From the IMG/VR virus record IMGVR_UViG_3300028837_003833, positions 49,910-113,909 of that record: a DNA stretch of 64,000 nucleotides; one strand, 5' to 3'. The translations under genes and the position numbers were made by a program. The stretch is from a virus. Shown here piece after piece: positions 32,012 to 42,031 of the stretch. The notes below the pieces were generated by a model. It had not been told where the DNA came from. It did not search any database and saw only the letters and a list, made by a program, of their open reading frames with translations. The first letter of the stretch is position 1, and every line of letters starts with the position of its first letter.

Positions 32012-32605
32012 TTAAACCTGATCTACTTTATTATCTTCATCCTCTTTTATATCAATTTTAGTAAAAACTATAGGTTTATCTTCTGAATTTTCTTCAAGTT
32101 TATCCTTTGGAGTTTCTGTAGAAGCTTCATCATCTTCTTCTTGTCTTTTTTTATATTCCTTTTCCTTCTTTTTTCTTTCCGCCTCTCTTACTTTTGGAGT
32201 CTTATACCAACTATATTCAATACCTTTATCAAGAGTATTTTCCACTTCTTCTTTAAAATCTATATATACCTCAAAAAGTTGTTCCAATATTTTAGGAGGA
32301 AGCTTTTTTAAAAACTCACGAAGATAAATAGCTTTTTCCTTTGTTTCGACTTTATCTTCTGTTTTTATCTCAACAATTTTAGGTATAATCTCACCACCAA
32401 TACTTATGATAGCATAAGACAAAATCTGCATTCTAGTCTTCTCATAAAAAGCTAAGGGATCCTCAGAACTCTCAGGAAGAGCACTTACTAATTGATCTTG
32501 CTCATAATTAAGAAGAGTAAGCTCAAATTTAATTTCATTAACAATAGCTTCCTTTTTGTAAGAAAATTTTTCTTCCAATGATTTAATGACGTCAAATAAA
32601 GACAT
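32012..32605 (-). CDS. Tail assembly chaperone-like protein (197 aa)
   Basis: AGGAG SD; RMQILSYAIISIGG...LKKLPPKILEQLFEVY; position after the tube gene. Confidence 0.65.
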   Translation of the reverse strand: MSLFDVIKSLEEKFSYKKEAIVNEIKFELTLLNYEQDQLVSALPESSEDPLAFYEKTRMQILSYAIISIGGEIIPKIVEIKTEDKVETKEKAIYLREFLKKLPPKILEQLFEVYIDFKEEVENTLDKGIEYSWYKTPKVREAERKKKEKEYKKRQEEDDEASTETPKDKLEENSEDKPIVFTKIDIKEDEDNKVDQV

Positions 32606-32656
32606 GACAGTCTCCTTATATGAGATATGTTTTTATATGTAGAAATAAAGAAATAC

Positions 32657-32675
32657 TATACAGAGGGTCTGTATA
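32657..32675. other. Perfect 8-bp hairpin TATACAGA-GGG-TCTGTATA in the tube/chaperone intergenic region
   Basis: Inverted repeat read directly; function unknown. Confidence 0.5.
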
Positions 32676-32756
32676 AAAGAGGGGGATGTAGATATGAATA
32701 TTTTATTTTATATAGTAAAAAATGTAATATATGTTATATTATTTGAATATTAGTAA

Positions 32757-32773
32757 GTCTCCCTCTTGGAGAC
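32757..32773 (-). terminator. Possible weak terminator/attenuator hairpin after the tube gene
   Basis: GTCTCC/GGAGAC 6-bp stem 8 nt after the tube stop codon; poor U-tract. Confidence 0.35.
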
Positions 32774-32781
32774 AAAACCCT

Positions 32782-33486
32782 TTAAACTGTTAATCCTCCA
32801 CTAGGTTGTCCTGTAGAAGTAGCACTAGTAATTATGTTAGATTCTGGATCAGCAATTCTTGAAATTGCGTTCAAGTTAAAATAATCACCAAGTTCAATAT
32901 AGTCTTCACTTGTGCTAGCTATAATATCAGTTACATTAACTGTAACATTTTCCTGAACAAGCGCTGCATCTGCAGCATAAGAAATTCCATAATCCGAAAT
33001 CCAACAACCTTCATAATAAGTAAGCATTGCATCAAGCTCACCATTGATACCGTTAGGAGTAAGCCCTGCCGCATCCAATTTACCATCAACAACTGAAGGT
33101 AAACGACTTATAACCACTTCCTGAACAATATCAAAAGGCCACTTGTGATGACGGAGTGATCTCACGATACCATCAATACCACCCTTATATCCAAAGACCT
33201 GAAAGATCATGGATAAATATTGAGCAGTACGTGTGACACCTAGAGTCATAGGATCCGTAGCACCAGGGACCAACTCAGCTACATGATCGCCAAAACCAAT
33301 ACCACGAACAGGTTCGATAGTACGCGACTCAGAAGGGTCAAAAGTCGCAACTACTCCAATCTGAAATGCGGTGGTTAGGTCTCCATCAGCTGGGATAGCA
33401 TAAATTTTGTTCTTTGAACTTATGACCGAAGCGGTTTCGGGAGTAACCCCTAACCGATGGACATATGTATCCCTATCTCTTCCCAT
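32782..33486 (-). CDS. Tail tube protein (T4 gp19-like fold, 234 aa)
   Basis: IGVVATFDPSESRTIEPVRGIGFGD..AELVPG...HHKWPFDI; size and position between sheath and chaperones. Confidence 0.85.
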   Translation of the reverse strand: MGRDRDTYVHRLGVTPETASVISSKNKIYAIPADGDLTTAFQIGVVATFDPSESRTIEPVRGIGFGDHVAELVPGATDPMTLGVTRTAQYLSMIFQVFGYKGGIDGIVRSLRHHKWPFDIVQEVVISRLPSVVDGKLDAAGLTPNGINGELDAMLTYYEGCWISDYGISYAADAALVQENVTVNVTDIIASTSEDYIELGDYFNLNAISRIADPESNIITSATSTGQPSGGLTV

Positions 33487-33530
33487 AATCTATTTCTCCT
33501 TATCGTTGTCTTACCGTTATCTTACCATAA

Positions 33531-34342
33531 TTACTCAAAAAGCTTGCTGAGTTCAGCAGCTTCTGTAGCGTCAAGCTCACATTCATCCATAGAAGCTGAA
33601 AGTTCAATACCTTCAAAAACTGAAGAAGCAGATTCAATAGCTGCATCTTTTTCTTCCTTCTTCTCAGCTTCTTCTTCTGAAGCATTCTTTTCGCTTTTCT
33701 TGGCTTTCTGAGCTTTTTTCAAGTCTTCAAGATCCTTTTTATCCTTAGCTGCTGCAGCTTCTTCTTTTTTCTTCTTGATGTCTTCAAGACTAGCTTCTTT
33801 TTCTTTTTCTTTCTCTTTCTAATAGATTCTGCACCATTAGGTGTCTGCTCAGCTGTCAAAGATTTAGGGGTCTCTGGAAGACCCTTATGTTTATCATCAG
33901 GAACCTGATTACTTTCAAGTTCACGACCGGTATCACAACAAACAGACTTGTTCATACCGACGACATCACGAAGTAAATTATCAACGACAGCTTTAGAAGC
34001 ATCTTTATTCCAAAACATACCGGCTGTCTTTTCGTTAGCTTCAAGAGACATTGGTATTACCCCTTTCCCAGGCATAGGTGCTGTATCTTCTTCTTTTTCA
34101 ATTACTATAACTTTAGGTTTACCTGCTCTAGGACCCACTCCAGGACCCATAGGACCACAAGCCTCATCCGAAAACATACCAGAATCTGCTGAAAAATCCT
34201 GGGAAATAATCCCCTTAAATTTATCATCAGCCATCTTATTTAAAACATAAGACATTGCTCTAAGATCCCGATTATACTGTGTGTGGCTGGCAAAAACTTC
34301 TGAAAGGCTCTCCAGTCTCTTTGCTAATGCTATACGATTCAT
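33531..34342 (-). CDS. Charged hypothetical protein with a frame break near 33818 (ORFs 33719-34342 and 33531-33818)
   Basis: The zero frame ends in an implausible poly-Lys/Arg tail. The -1 frame (KEKEKEKEASLEDIKKKKEE...ELDATEAAELSKLFE) is open from 33818 and lacks its own ATG. Confidence 0.6.
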
Positions 34343-34386
34343 GTTTAAATCTCCTTATAATAATTTGTTTTTACTATTGTTTATGA

Positions 34387-37240
34387 TTAAAGACTCTGTC
34401 TCAAATTCAATGTTACTACAATCCAGTCTAAAGGAAACACTGGGCTGTAATATGCTTCAACATCAAGAGTACTTGGATCTTGAACATTCTGAGACACATT
34501 AATTCCTGTAAAATCAACAATGAGTTCTCTCTTTTTGAGAGATTTGAAGTATGCCCCAACAGAATCACTAACCTGTGAACGCATCTTAGGAAGATTCTTA
34601 ACACCAATGTATCTATCAAGAGCCCTTCTCATACCTTGCTGTACAAAATGCTTAACTTCCACAATTCTTGGATTTCTTGTTAAAGCAGTTGAAGTATCTG
34701 AAGTAAGATAAAAGAGAATCTTGATAACCGGCGTTTGTTCCTCAAGAACAGTACAGCCTGCATTAGCAACCAAAGCAGCGTTAACATTGTCCAATCTTCG
34801 ATACAATCTCTTAAATCCTACTATAGTAGAATTTGTAAGAGTAGTAGCAATATCAGAAACTGGGGAAACATCGCGACCCGCTACCGCCGCAGCAATTATC
34901 GAACCATCAACAACATATTCAACTTCATTACCATAAGCATCTGTAATGCCTACAATCGCTCCATCAGGATAGATCGGTGTAAGCTTCTCAGTCTTAAGAG
35001 CACGAACTGAATTAATAACCTGATCAGGTGTCGTCCCAACAGCAAAACCAAAGATACTTGTTCTCTCATTTTTATAACGAATACTTGATTGTATCGCATT
35101 TGAAGTCTTGAGATAACTTATAACCTCGGAATTTGTAGTCAATGCCTGCATCAATGTAGGTCTCAAACCATTTGGAAGAGGTTCATTGAAAGCATCAATA
35201 CCATCAATATAATCCTGCACTGATCCATCAGTACCACCAGTAACTCTCTGGATTTGCTTAATTGCTACTGCCTGAGCACCATTAAGAAATGCCAAGTTAG
35301 CAGCCATCGTACATTTGTTATTAATATCCATAGGACCAAAGTACTTAACAACATCTCTCATGTTAGTGAGGAATTTAGCAGTATAATCCGTTTTTACTTT
35401 ATCAAAAGTTACATAGTACATATCACCATTCGCAGGCTCATTACCACTCTTATTGAAAGTGTTAATGATAACAGTATCATCAGTATTATCTACTGAACCA
35501 CCACTTGTAGTAAGAACTGTTAAATTGATACCAGGAATAACTCTTACATTATCTGAAGCAGCCGTAATATAAAGCTTTTGAGTAGCATCAGACACAGTAG
35601 GATCACCAATGTCATATATAACAGTAGTGCCTGCTGCTGGATTAAATGCACCAGTGTCACCAGAAAAAGTGACTCTGAAACCAGTAGTAGGATCAATGTA
35701 TGTCTTACCTGTGTATCCAACATTCTGATTGTAAGTAATCACTGAACCAGTTCTTCCCGGAAGAAGAAAAGTAGTACCAAGAAGAGATGTAACAGTGAAA
35801 CTACCCGCACCATCAAAAGTACAAATCACTCTCTCTACAGATGCTTTTAAAGGATCTACTAGAAAATTATCTGTTCCTGCTCCTGAATAAACCGGAGTGA
35901 CAGTACCTCCAATATGAGAAACTTCAAGACCATTACCAGTAACTCTTGATTCAATGGTGTATTTACCAACACCAGCAGCACCAGGAACTCTATTTGTCAT
36001 CGTCCAAACATCATCTATAAGATTATTCTCAGAGTATGAAACATAAACGATTTCTTCAAGAGCTTGTGAGGGTGAAGTAGTTAAAGTAATCTGATTCCCA
36101 TCAATTTTTGTTACTGTAACCGGTCCAGAGGCTAATGCGTTAATCCATGTATCACCTATATAAGCAATGATATCTGCTGGGTCCTCAGTAGCTTTACTTG
36201 ATCCAGATCCATCAACTGGGGTCGTAGGAAGTACGAAAACTTTATTACCATCAAGGTTAACCTCTTCACCATTAGCATTAACCTGAGTAACTCCAGCAAT
36301 AGTGTATGGTGTCAGAGGATCTGCTGCCCGACCATATACTACAGTATCAGTAATACTTAAATCAACATTATCTAATAGAGGATCTGATCCTGCAGTATAT
36401 AAACCCTGTGCAGCACTCTGTGAGGCTCCCCAATGAACTTGATTATAACCTGCTAAAACGCAGTCATTACCAATCGAAAAGTCATTAGTATCCTGACTCA
36501 AACCAACTTTCTGATGAAACTGCTGGAGCACTTTGAAGTGTAAATGTTCCTTCAGAACCGTAAAGATGAGTAACTGTGACCTCAGAACCATCAACAAAAA
36601 CCTGGAAGACTCTTACAGTACGTTCATACTCATCACCGATAACTGCTGGATCAGGATTATATAGAATAGTAGTAGTAGCTGTAATATCAGTATCAACAGC
36701 AGATCTACCACCATTGTCACCTTTTACAATTCTTGAACTATCTACTTTAAAACTCGTAGCAGTACCATCTACTTGATCAGAGATATCCTCTTTTTCAATA
36801 TAAGTATCACGACGCTTGAAATAATAATTAGCTCTTACTTCATCATCATCTGCTGGAATTTGTACAAGAGTTACTTCCCCCGTTAATCCATTCACTGAAT
36901 TAACCGCCACATTCTGACCATTTATCGTGACAATTACATTATTAGGACTAGTAGCTACTTTTCCGCTTCCATCACCAGTTACTATCGGAAAATTAGCAAC
37001 TGTTAATACATTCTCTGTACCCGTAAACTGTGAGCTTTTATCTTCATCAAGGATAAGGTTATCAGCAATAGCTGATGAACCTCTAACCATCTCGAAGTTA
37101 CCAACTCGAACAGTTTCAGCAGATACGCCAACAAAGGCAGGTATACGAATATCACCAGCTGAATTAGCACCCGCTGCTTCAGTAGTAGTTTCAACGTATA
37201 CACCTGGAAATACGAAACTCTCTAAAGGTCCCATTGCCAT
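34387..37240 (-). CDS. Tail sheath protein (~950 aa) with a frame break near 36510
   Basis: Sheath N-terminal FPGVYVE motif in ORF 36485-37240. Sheath C-terminal domain (AAAVAGRD, VEAYYSPVFPLDWIVV) in ORF 34387-36597, which is in the +1 frame. Confidence 0.85.
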
Positions 37241-37339
37241 GTGTCGTTCTCCTTTTTATACCGTAAATAATTTTTCATTGATTTTATATGTATTTAAGAA
37301 ATTATAGATATAAGATTTATTATGTTATTTTAATTTATA

Positions 37340-37355
37340 TATTAAGAGAGTATTA
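37340..37355 (-). promoter_or_regulatory. Putative late promoter motif (TAATACTCTCTTAATA)
   Basis: One mismatch to consensus; upstream of the sheath gene. Confidence 0.6.
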
Positions 37356-37380
37356 TCAACGACACAAAAACTTAACAGCT

Positions 37381-37860
37381 TCAATCTTCTGTAGTAAAAC
37401 CAGGAGAATCAAACTGCTTTATACCCTTACTCTCTCTATCAGCCCTATGCTCTTTTAAGGCCTCGGAATATTCTTTACGTAAAACTCTTTGCTTCTTATT
37501 ACCTAAATGTAAAATGGGACTATATTTTCCATCAACATCCTTCGGAATATTTATTGGCTCCGGAGTCTTCCCTTTCCATCTTTTCTCTTGCCTGTCCTTA
37601 TATCGACTTTTCCAACGAGCATCATATCCTTCCCATTTCTCAGCAGCAAGCTTACCTACTACTTTATCAATCTCTTTAGGAGAGACTATCGTATCTCGTT
37701 TAGGATTAAGTTCACTGTGTATTCCAAAAACTGATGCCCATTTTCTTGTTGATAAAGCACCGCATAACTTACACTTTTGATCTCGATCCCTATCCTCATA
37801 CTTAGTCAAATCCTCAAATTCATGACCGCAGCCATTACACTTAAATTCATATAAAGGCAT
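37381..37860 (-). CDS. FmdB-family zinc-ribbon protein (159 aa)
   Basis: MPLYEFKCNGCGHEFEDL...QKCKLCGA signature; AGGAG SD. Confidence 0.85.
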   Translation of the reverse strand: MPLYEFKCNGCGHEFEDLTKYEDRDRDQKCKLCGALSTRKWASVFGIHSELNPKRDTIVSPKEIDKVVGKLAAEKWEGYDARWKSRYKDRQEKRWKGKTPEPINIPKDVDGKYSPILHLGNKKQRVLRKEYSEALKEHRADRESKGIKQFDSPGFTTED

Positions 37861-37905
37861 AAAGACTCCTGTTTTATGTTATATATTATCTACTACTAAA
37901 AAAGG

Positions 37906-37921
37906 TATTAATAGATTATCA
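37906..37921 (-). promoter_or_regulatory. Putative late promoter motif (TGATAATCTATTAATA)
   Basis: One mismatch to consensus; upstream of the FmdB-like gene. Confidence 0.6.
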
Positions 37922-37925
37922 CTAC

Positions 37926-38339
37926 GTCATGGGATGCTTTATACTTACTACAGATATCGTTATGACCAATGGAGAAGTTACGCCGTCGTCCATTCGCAAC
38001 CATTACTCCTTTTGCAACCACTGTGAGACCAATTGTGACAAAGCGAGTTATCGCAAATAGGCGTAATTTCAGCAGGCTCCGCGCCATTGGTTTGTTGTGT
38101 GTCTGTTGAACGAGTTCCATATTCATTGGTGGTACGTAAATCCCACCGTAACCGCTCTAACCTCTGTATTTCATCAAATAAAATTGACGGGTATAGTTGA
38201 CCAACCATTTGCCTACCAATAGATCTTCGAATATCTATCTGCTCGACAATGGCAGCGTCATCAGTCAATTTTATAGCTTCGTTAATGTCGATAATACGTA
38301 CCACCTACAATCAAATTTAAGAGTGAAATTGCACACAAC
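37926..38339 (+). ncRNA. Candidate structured non-coding RNA (~415 nt, three helical domains)
   Basis: 44% GC by hand count (132/300 over 37981-38280). Nested stems: 37926-32/37960-66, 37965-72/38084-91, 37974-84/38060-70, 38094-102/38331-39, 38128-38/38295-305, 38178-88/38264-74, 38219-24/38233-38. All wobble pairs are G-U on the plus strand. Confidence 0.6.
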
Positions 38340-39793
38340 TATATGTATCTTGGATATCCAATTTTCGGATAAGAAACTTCAAAAGCTTTACTAGCAGGTT
38401 TTAATTTTAATTCTAGGATTCTTCCTTGATTTGTTACTATGTAATCTTTCATAGTAATATAGCTATAAAGCTTAGTATCAAAATCCATAATTTCTGTGAG
38501 AAAGGGTATAAACTTTTTCCATTCAGTCATCATCTGAAGATTAATGCTTTGATGATAATATAAATCTCCAGTATTCTCATCATAAGGCTCTTCACTTTCA
38601 CCTGTAGGATCCATCTCTTCAATAGTCAAACCCTCATCTATTAAAAGAAGACGCCTATTTCCCCAAATATCCTCTATAAGATGATCAGCAAGATCAGCCA
38701 ATTGTATTGGATCTCGTGCCACTACATCAATCTCAAAAGACATTTGATAATGACCACTATTCATATCCGCAGCAGGCTCTCTTTGAGGATAAACAATCAC
38801 TACCGCTTTATCACCTACGGTTATTTGATTAGTAAAGCATAAAGAAATACCTGGAAGGGCTTTATTATCATAATGAAATTCATCAGGGATAGTGAACGGA
38901 CCCATCGTATTTCCTACCCACCGATAATCAGCATATAAGGTAGTCCCTTTTTCAAGAGGAATCAAAAAAGTTATAAGACCATCTTGGTTTATCGTATAAT
39001 CAGTATTTTTCTCAAGATAAAAATTACTACTATGTATACTTTTCTTTGTATATAAGACATCAAAATCACCATATATATTACCATTTAATAACTGAGCAGT
39101 AGTTTCTATACCCGTAGTCTTCTTAATAATTTCTTCTTTTTTAATGACATAAAATGGATCTATAAGATATTCAGTAGGAGAACTTATCTCTATATAATAT
39201 CTTCCTGGAGGAGTCAAATTACCATAGTTATAAGATACTAATAATTCATCATCTTTAACAGGAGCCATAGGTAAAGAGAATACCCCATTTATTCCATCAA
39301 CAAATTCAGGTAAAACTCTTTGACCATTTAAAGTAACACTTATCTGTCTAAAATTATCTGCTGGTATAGTATTATTCCCACCAGATAAAATGGGCTTTTT
39401 AGACACTGTAAAAAATCTATTAGTACCTATGATTATAATACCTCTTGAAGTATCTATTTCTGTCCACGATATCTGAGAAGATAAATCTTCATTTATCATG
39501 GTACTGGTAAGATTATTGAGGTCTTCCCAAACCCATCCCAAAAAATTACCTTCAAAAGTCCCAGCATGAGCTTTAGTCACATGACTTTTTAATACCCCTG
39601 CATGATCATCAGCTGATAGCTTTATCCTGGAGGAAGAAGAGTTCTTTAGCACTATACCCATTTGTAAACGTTCTTTGTATGGGAATTTATGAAAAACCTG
39701 GACCTTATCTCGATATACCTGATTTCTCTGAATAGAACCAGTAAGTTCACTCATGACCCGGGATTTTACGACTCTTAATAAATTATTTTCCAT
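38339..39793 (-). CDS. Putative tail completion/terminator (neck) protein with inserted beta-rich domains (484 aa)
   Basis: Upstream of the sheath. N- and C-terminal segments (KFPYKER...SFEIDVVARDPIQLADLAD) resemble tail-terminator folds; internal DYxIxxxGxIxF modules. Confidence 0.5.
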   Translation of the reverse strand: MENNLLRVVKSRVMSELTGSIQRNQVYRDKVQVFHKFPYKERLQMGIVLKNSSSSRIKLSADDHAGVLKSHVTKAHAGTFEGNFLGWVWEDLNNLTSTMINEDLSSQISWTEIDTSRGIIIIGTNRFFTVSKKPILSGGNNTIPADNFRQISVTLNGQRVLPEFVDGINGVFSLPMAPVKDDELLVSYNYGNLTPPGRYYIEISSPTEYLIDPFYVIKKEEIIKKTTGIETTAQLLNGNIYGDFDVLYTKKSIHSSNFYLEKNTDYTINQDGLITFLIPLEKGTTLYADYRWVGNTMGPFTIPDEFHYDNKALPGISLCFTNQITVGDKAVVIVYPQREPAADMNSGHYQMSFEIDVVARDPIQLADLADHLIEDIWGNRRLLLIDEGLTIEEMDPTGESEEPYDENTGDLYYHQSINLQMMTEWKKFIPFLTEIMDFDTKLYSYITMKDYIVTNQGRILELKLKPASKAFEVSYPKIGYPRYI

Positions 39794-39832
39794 AGATACT
39801 CTTTTACGTTATAGATGATATAGGATAAAATC

Positions 39833-39848
39833 TATTAACCGATTATTA
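39833..39848 (-). promoter_or_regulatory. Putative late promoter motif (TAATAATCGGTTAATA)
   Basis: Consensus match directly after a terminator. Confidence 0.7.
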
Positions 39849-39880
39849 AAAAAGGCTGAGAGATCTTATCCCCCAGCCTT
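39847..39880 (-). terminator. Rho-independent terminator after the actin-like gene
   Basis: AAGGCTGGGGGA-TAAGA-TCTCTCAGCCTT followed by a T-run on the minus strand. Confidence 0.8.
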
Positions 39881-39915
39881 ATTGCAGAAAATTGTTCTTT
39901 CGCAACAATTAACTT

Positions 39916-42015
39916 TTATTCATTCATAGCAGCAATAAGAAGACCTTTAGCCACATCTCCTAAAGGATCACTAGCCATACGTATCTCTGAAATACCTATC
40001 GGAAAATCCACCTCTTTATCAAATTCTTTTTTGAAGAACTCAAGGAAATTTTTAGCCTTTGAGGTACCACCACTGATAATCCATGGAATCTCATCAGGAA
40101 GTTCGATAGCACTATTATCTTTCTTGAACTCTTTCTTTACGCTATCAATAATATAATGTATAAGATTCTTGTAGTATACAATAATTGCTTCTCTTTCTCT
40201 CAACTGCTTCGGATCACCATCTGTAGGATCAAGAAGATTAACTCCTTTTTCCTTTATAGACATAAGTCTGGTAGCAGTGCTTCCAATAGCTTTTGAGGCA
40301 GACTGATCGACCCAATCACCTGATCTTGAAACAGAAAATGCCATACCAACCATAGTCTGGTATACAAGGGCGGTATTCACCATCCCTGCTCCACAGTTAT
40401 GTAACGAAAAACCAGGGAGACAAAAAGAATGGTCCTCCCCCTCAATTACAGAAACATCATATACTTTTCCCCTATATTTTGACACTCCTATTGATGAAAT
40501 ACATGCCACGCTACTTCCGTAATTACATGCTTTCTTATTACCTATAGTCCTATGGTCTATCCAATCTGTAAAATTTTTAGCTTCTATCCCACTAACATTA
40601 ATACTATAAGCTTGTTTTTTACCCTCTATTACCCTACCATCTTCTACAATCCCCGATATTCTTGGTTCGCTTATGTGATAAGATGGGCACATCCCTAATC
40701 TTTGCATAGAGAGGTACACAAACTGGCTTAAAGACGGGCTTGTATTATCAAAACCTACATGATTCTTATTTTTATTGATATTACCATCAGTAGTTATCAG
40801 CCCCACCAACAAGCATCTTAAGACTTGATCATTCAAACTACCTATTGACCACGGAAGCCTCTTTACTCCATTTTCATCATAACAGTTCTTTTTCAGCCAA
40901 GTTAAAAAACCTTTTGAATACATTTTTACCCTGACAGAATTATCCCCGTGAGGATATACCGTTATTGTTTTACCAAAAAGGCTATCAACTAACATTCCAA
41001 TTCTATCTATAACATCATTCTCCTCTTTATTCAGTGTCCAATTGATCTCTCCATTAATTTCTTCTACAGAGCCATCTCCAGCAAATAAGCCTATCAACTC
41101 TGCCATTTCGTCTGTTAATCTATAAGTTGATAACTTTTTCTCTTTAGATGGGGTGATTCTATCTTCTGTACATATATAAGGTCGATCTGAAAAATCATAG
41201 TTATCCCATGTCTGTGAAACACACCAGCCTTCTTTAACATCTTTAGCGGGAATATACCCCCAAATTCCATCCCCTTTATTACACCATATTAAATGATCTT
41301 CTGTAACTGAAACTTTCCCGTTACCATATGCCCAAAAAGTGTATATATCTCCGTCATAATCCCTACTGGTTGGTGATGCCTCACGCCATATCCCAGATTT
41401 TGTTAATATTTTCATGCCTTGTTTAAAATCTTCGATATTAATAAAACCTACATCAGAAAATATTTTTTGACCTGGAGTTAAACAGGAAGAGGCCAGCGCA
41501 GTAAACCCATCTTTAGCACAATTAGAATATACTATTGCAGCTGCTTCATTCATCGCAGTCGCTTTGTATCCGAATGACTCCACGATCTTCTTGAATATAG
41601 CTTCATGATAAATAACATCCATATTTTTATCAATTGACTTTGCCGGAACAGAAAAGAATACCGATTCGTTCTCTACTTTTGGGTCCTTAAGAATATTCTT
41701 AAGAAGAATTACTAACATCTTCTCAGCATCGTGCTCACCCGAAGATATAACACCCTGACTCAAAGGTCTACGAGCTTCTCTCTTAAGAAGATTTGCTACG
41801 CTGAGTGCTGGTTCCCCAACAATATAAATACTGTCCTTTTCCTGTACGTAGGAAACACTGGACATCTTAAGCATGTTCAGTATTGATTGATCAGCCTCTA
41901 CATCAAGAAAAGCGTCACGTATATATTTCAAGTCCACATCTGCGGATTCACTCTTTGGATCTTTTGTTGCACTAACTAAGTAACATGTCCCTATATCAAG
42001 TCCAACAGCACACAT
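39916..42015 (-). CDS. Actin-like ATPase (MreB/ParM/Alp superfamily), intein-containing; ~336 aa after splicing
   Basis: Phosphate-1 VGLDIGT, connect-1 NEAAA, phosphate-2 SS|CGAG (intein-split), adenosine ISGGTS; AGGAGG SD. Confidence 0.85.
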   Translation of the reverse strand: MCAVGLDIGTCYLVSATKDPKSESADVDLKYIRDAFLDVEADQSILNMLKMSSVSYVQEKDSIYIVGEPALSVANLLKREARRPLSQGVISSGEHDAEKMLVILLKNILKDPKVENESVFFSVPAKSIDKNMDVIYHEAIFKKIVESFGYKATAMNEAAAIVYSNCAKDGFTALASSCLTPGQKIFSDVGFINIEDFKQGMKILTKSGIWREASPTSRDYDGDIYTFWAYGNGKVSVTEDHLIWCNKGDGIWGYIPAKDVKEGWCVSQTWDNYDFSDRPYICTEDRITPSKEKKLSTYRLTDEMAELIGLFAGDGSVEEINGEINWTLNKEENDVIDRIGMLVDSLFGKTITVYPHGDNSVRVKMYSKGFLTWLKKNCYDENGVKRLPWSIGSLNDQVLRCLLVGLITTDGNINKNKNHVGFDNTSPSLSQFVYLSMQRLGMCPSYHISEPRISGIVEDGRVIEGKKQAYSINVSGIEAKNFTDWIDHRTIGNKKACNYGSSVACISSIGVSKYRGKVYDVSVIEGEDHSFCLPGFSLHNCGAGMVNTALVYQTMVGMAFSVSRSGDWVDQSASKAIGSTATRLMSIKEKGVNLLDPTDGDPKQLREREAIIVYYKNLIHYIIDSVKKEFKKDNSAIELPDEIPWIISGGTSKAKNFLEFFKKEFDKEVDFPIGISEIRMASDPLGDVAKGLLIAAMNE
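40396..41484 (-). mobile_element. Intein (363 aa) with LAGLIDADG homing endonuclease
   Basis: Starts CLTPGQKI and ends SLHN, followed by Cys+1; LAGLIDADG-like blocks LIGLFAGDGS and LVGLITTDGN. Confidence 0.9.
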
Positions 42016-42031
42016 AATTAAACCTCCTATA

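Noticed and set aside
30934-32605. Lambda G/GT-type programmed frameshift between the tail chaperones
   Set aside because: Two separate ORFs with a 4-nt gap and no slippery heptamer near the first stop.
321-36776. Short plus-strand and alternate-frame ORFs in the track (e.g. 321-572, 1320-2670, 12795-13130, 19167-19424, 20444-21399, 29586-31210, 33457-37307)
   Set aside because: Shadow ORFs opposite or inside well-supported genes; no SD and no protein-like composition.
3078-37240. Stand-alone contractile injection system (eCIS/tailocin) rather than a phage
   Set aside because: Neck and adaptor genes, homing endonucleases, inteins, a private promoter motif and no bacterial housekeeping genes favour a large phage; the capsid genes simply lie outside the window.
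38219-38238. tRNA gene suggested by TTCGAAT
   Set aside because: No 5-bp T-stem with the correct closing pair, and no cloverleaf or acceptor stem.
37978-38304. 108-aa minus-strand ORF (and overlapping 72-aa and 65-aa ORFs) in the GC-rich island
   Set aside because: GTG start with no good SD, atypical codon usage, and complete overlap with long perfect stems. An RNA structure explains the region better, though a moron gene with a Cys-rich tail is not fully excluded.
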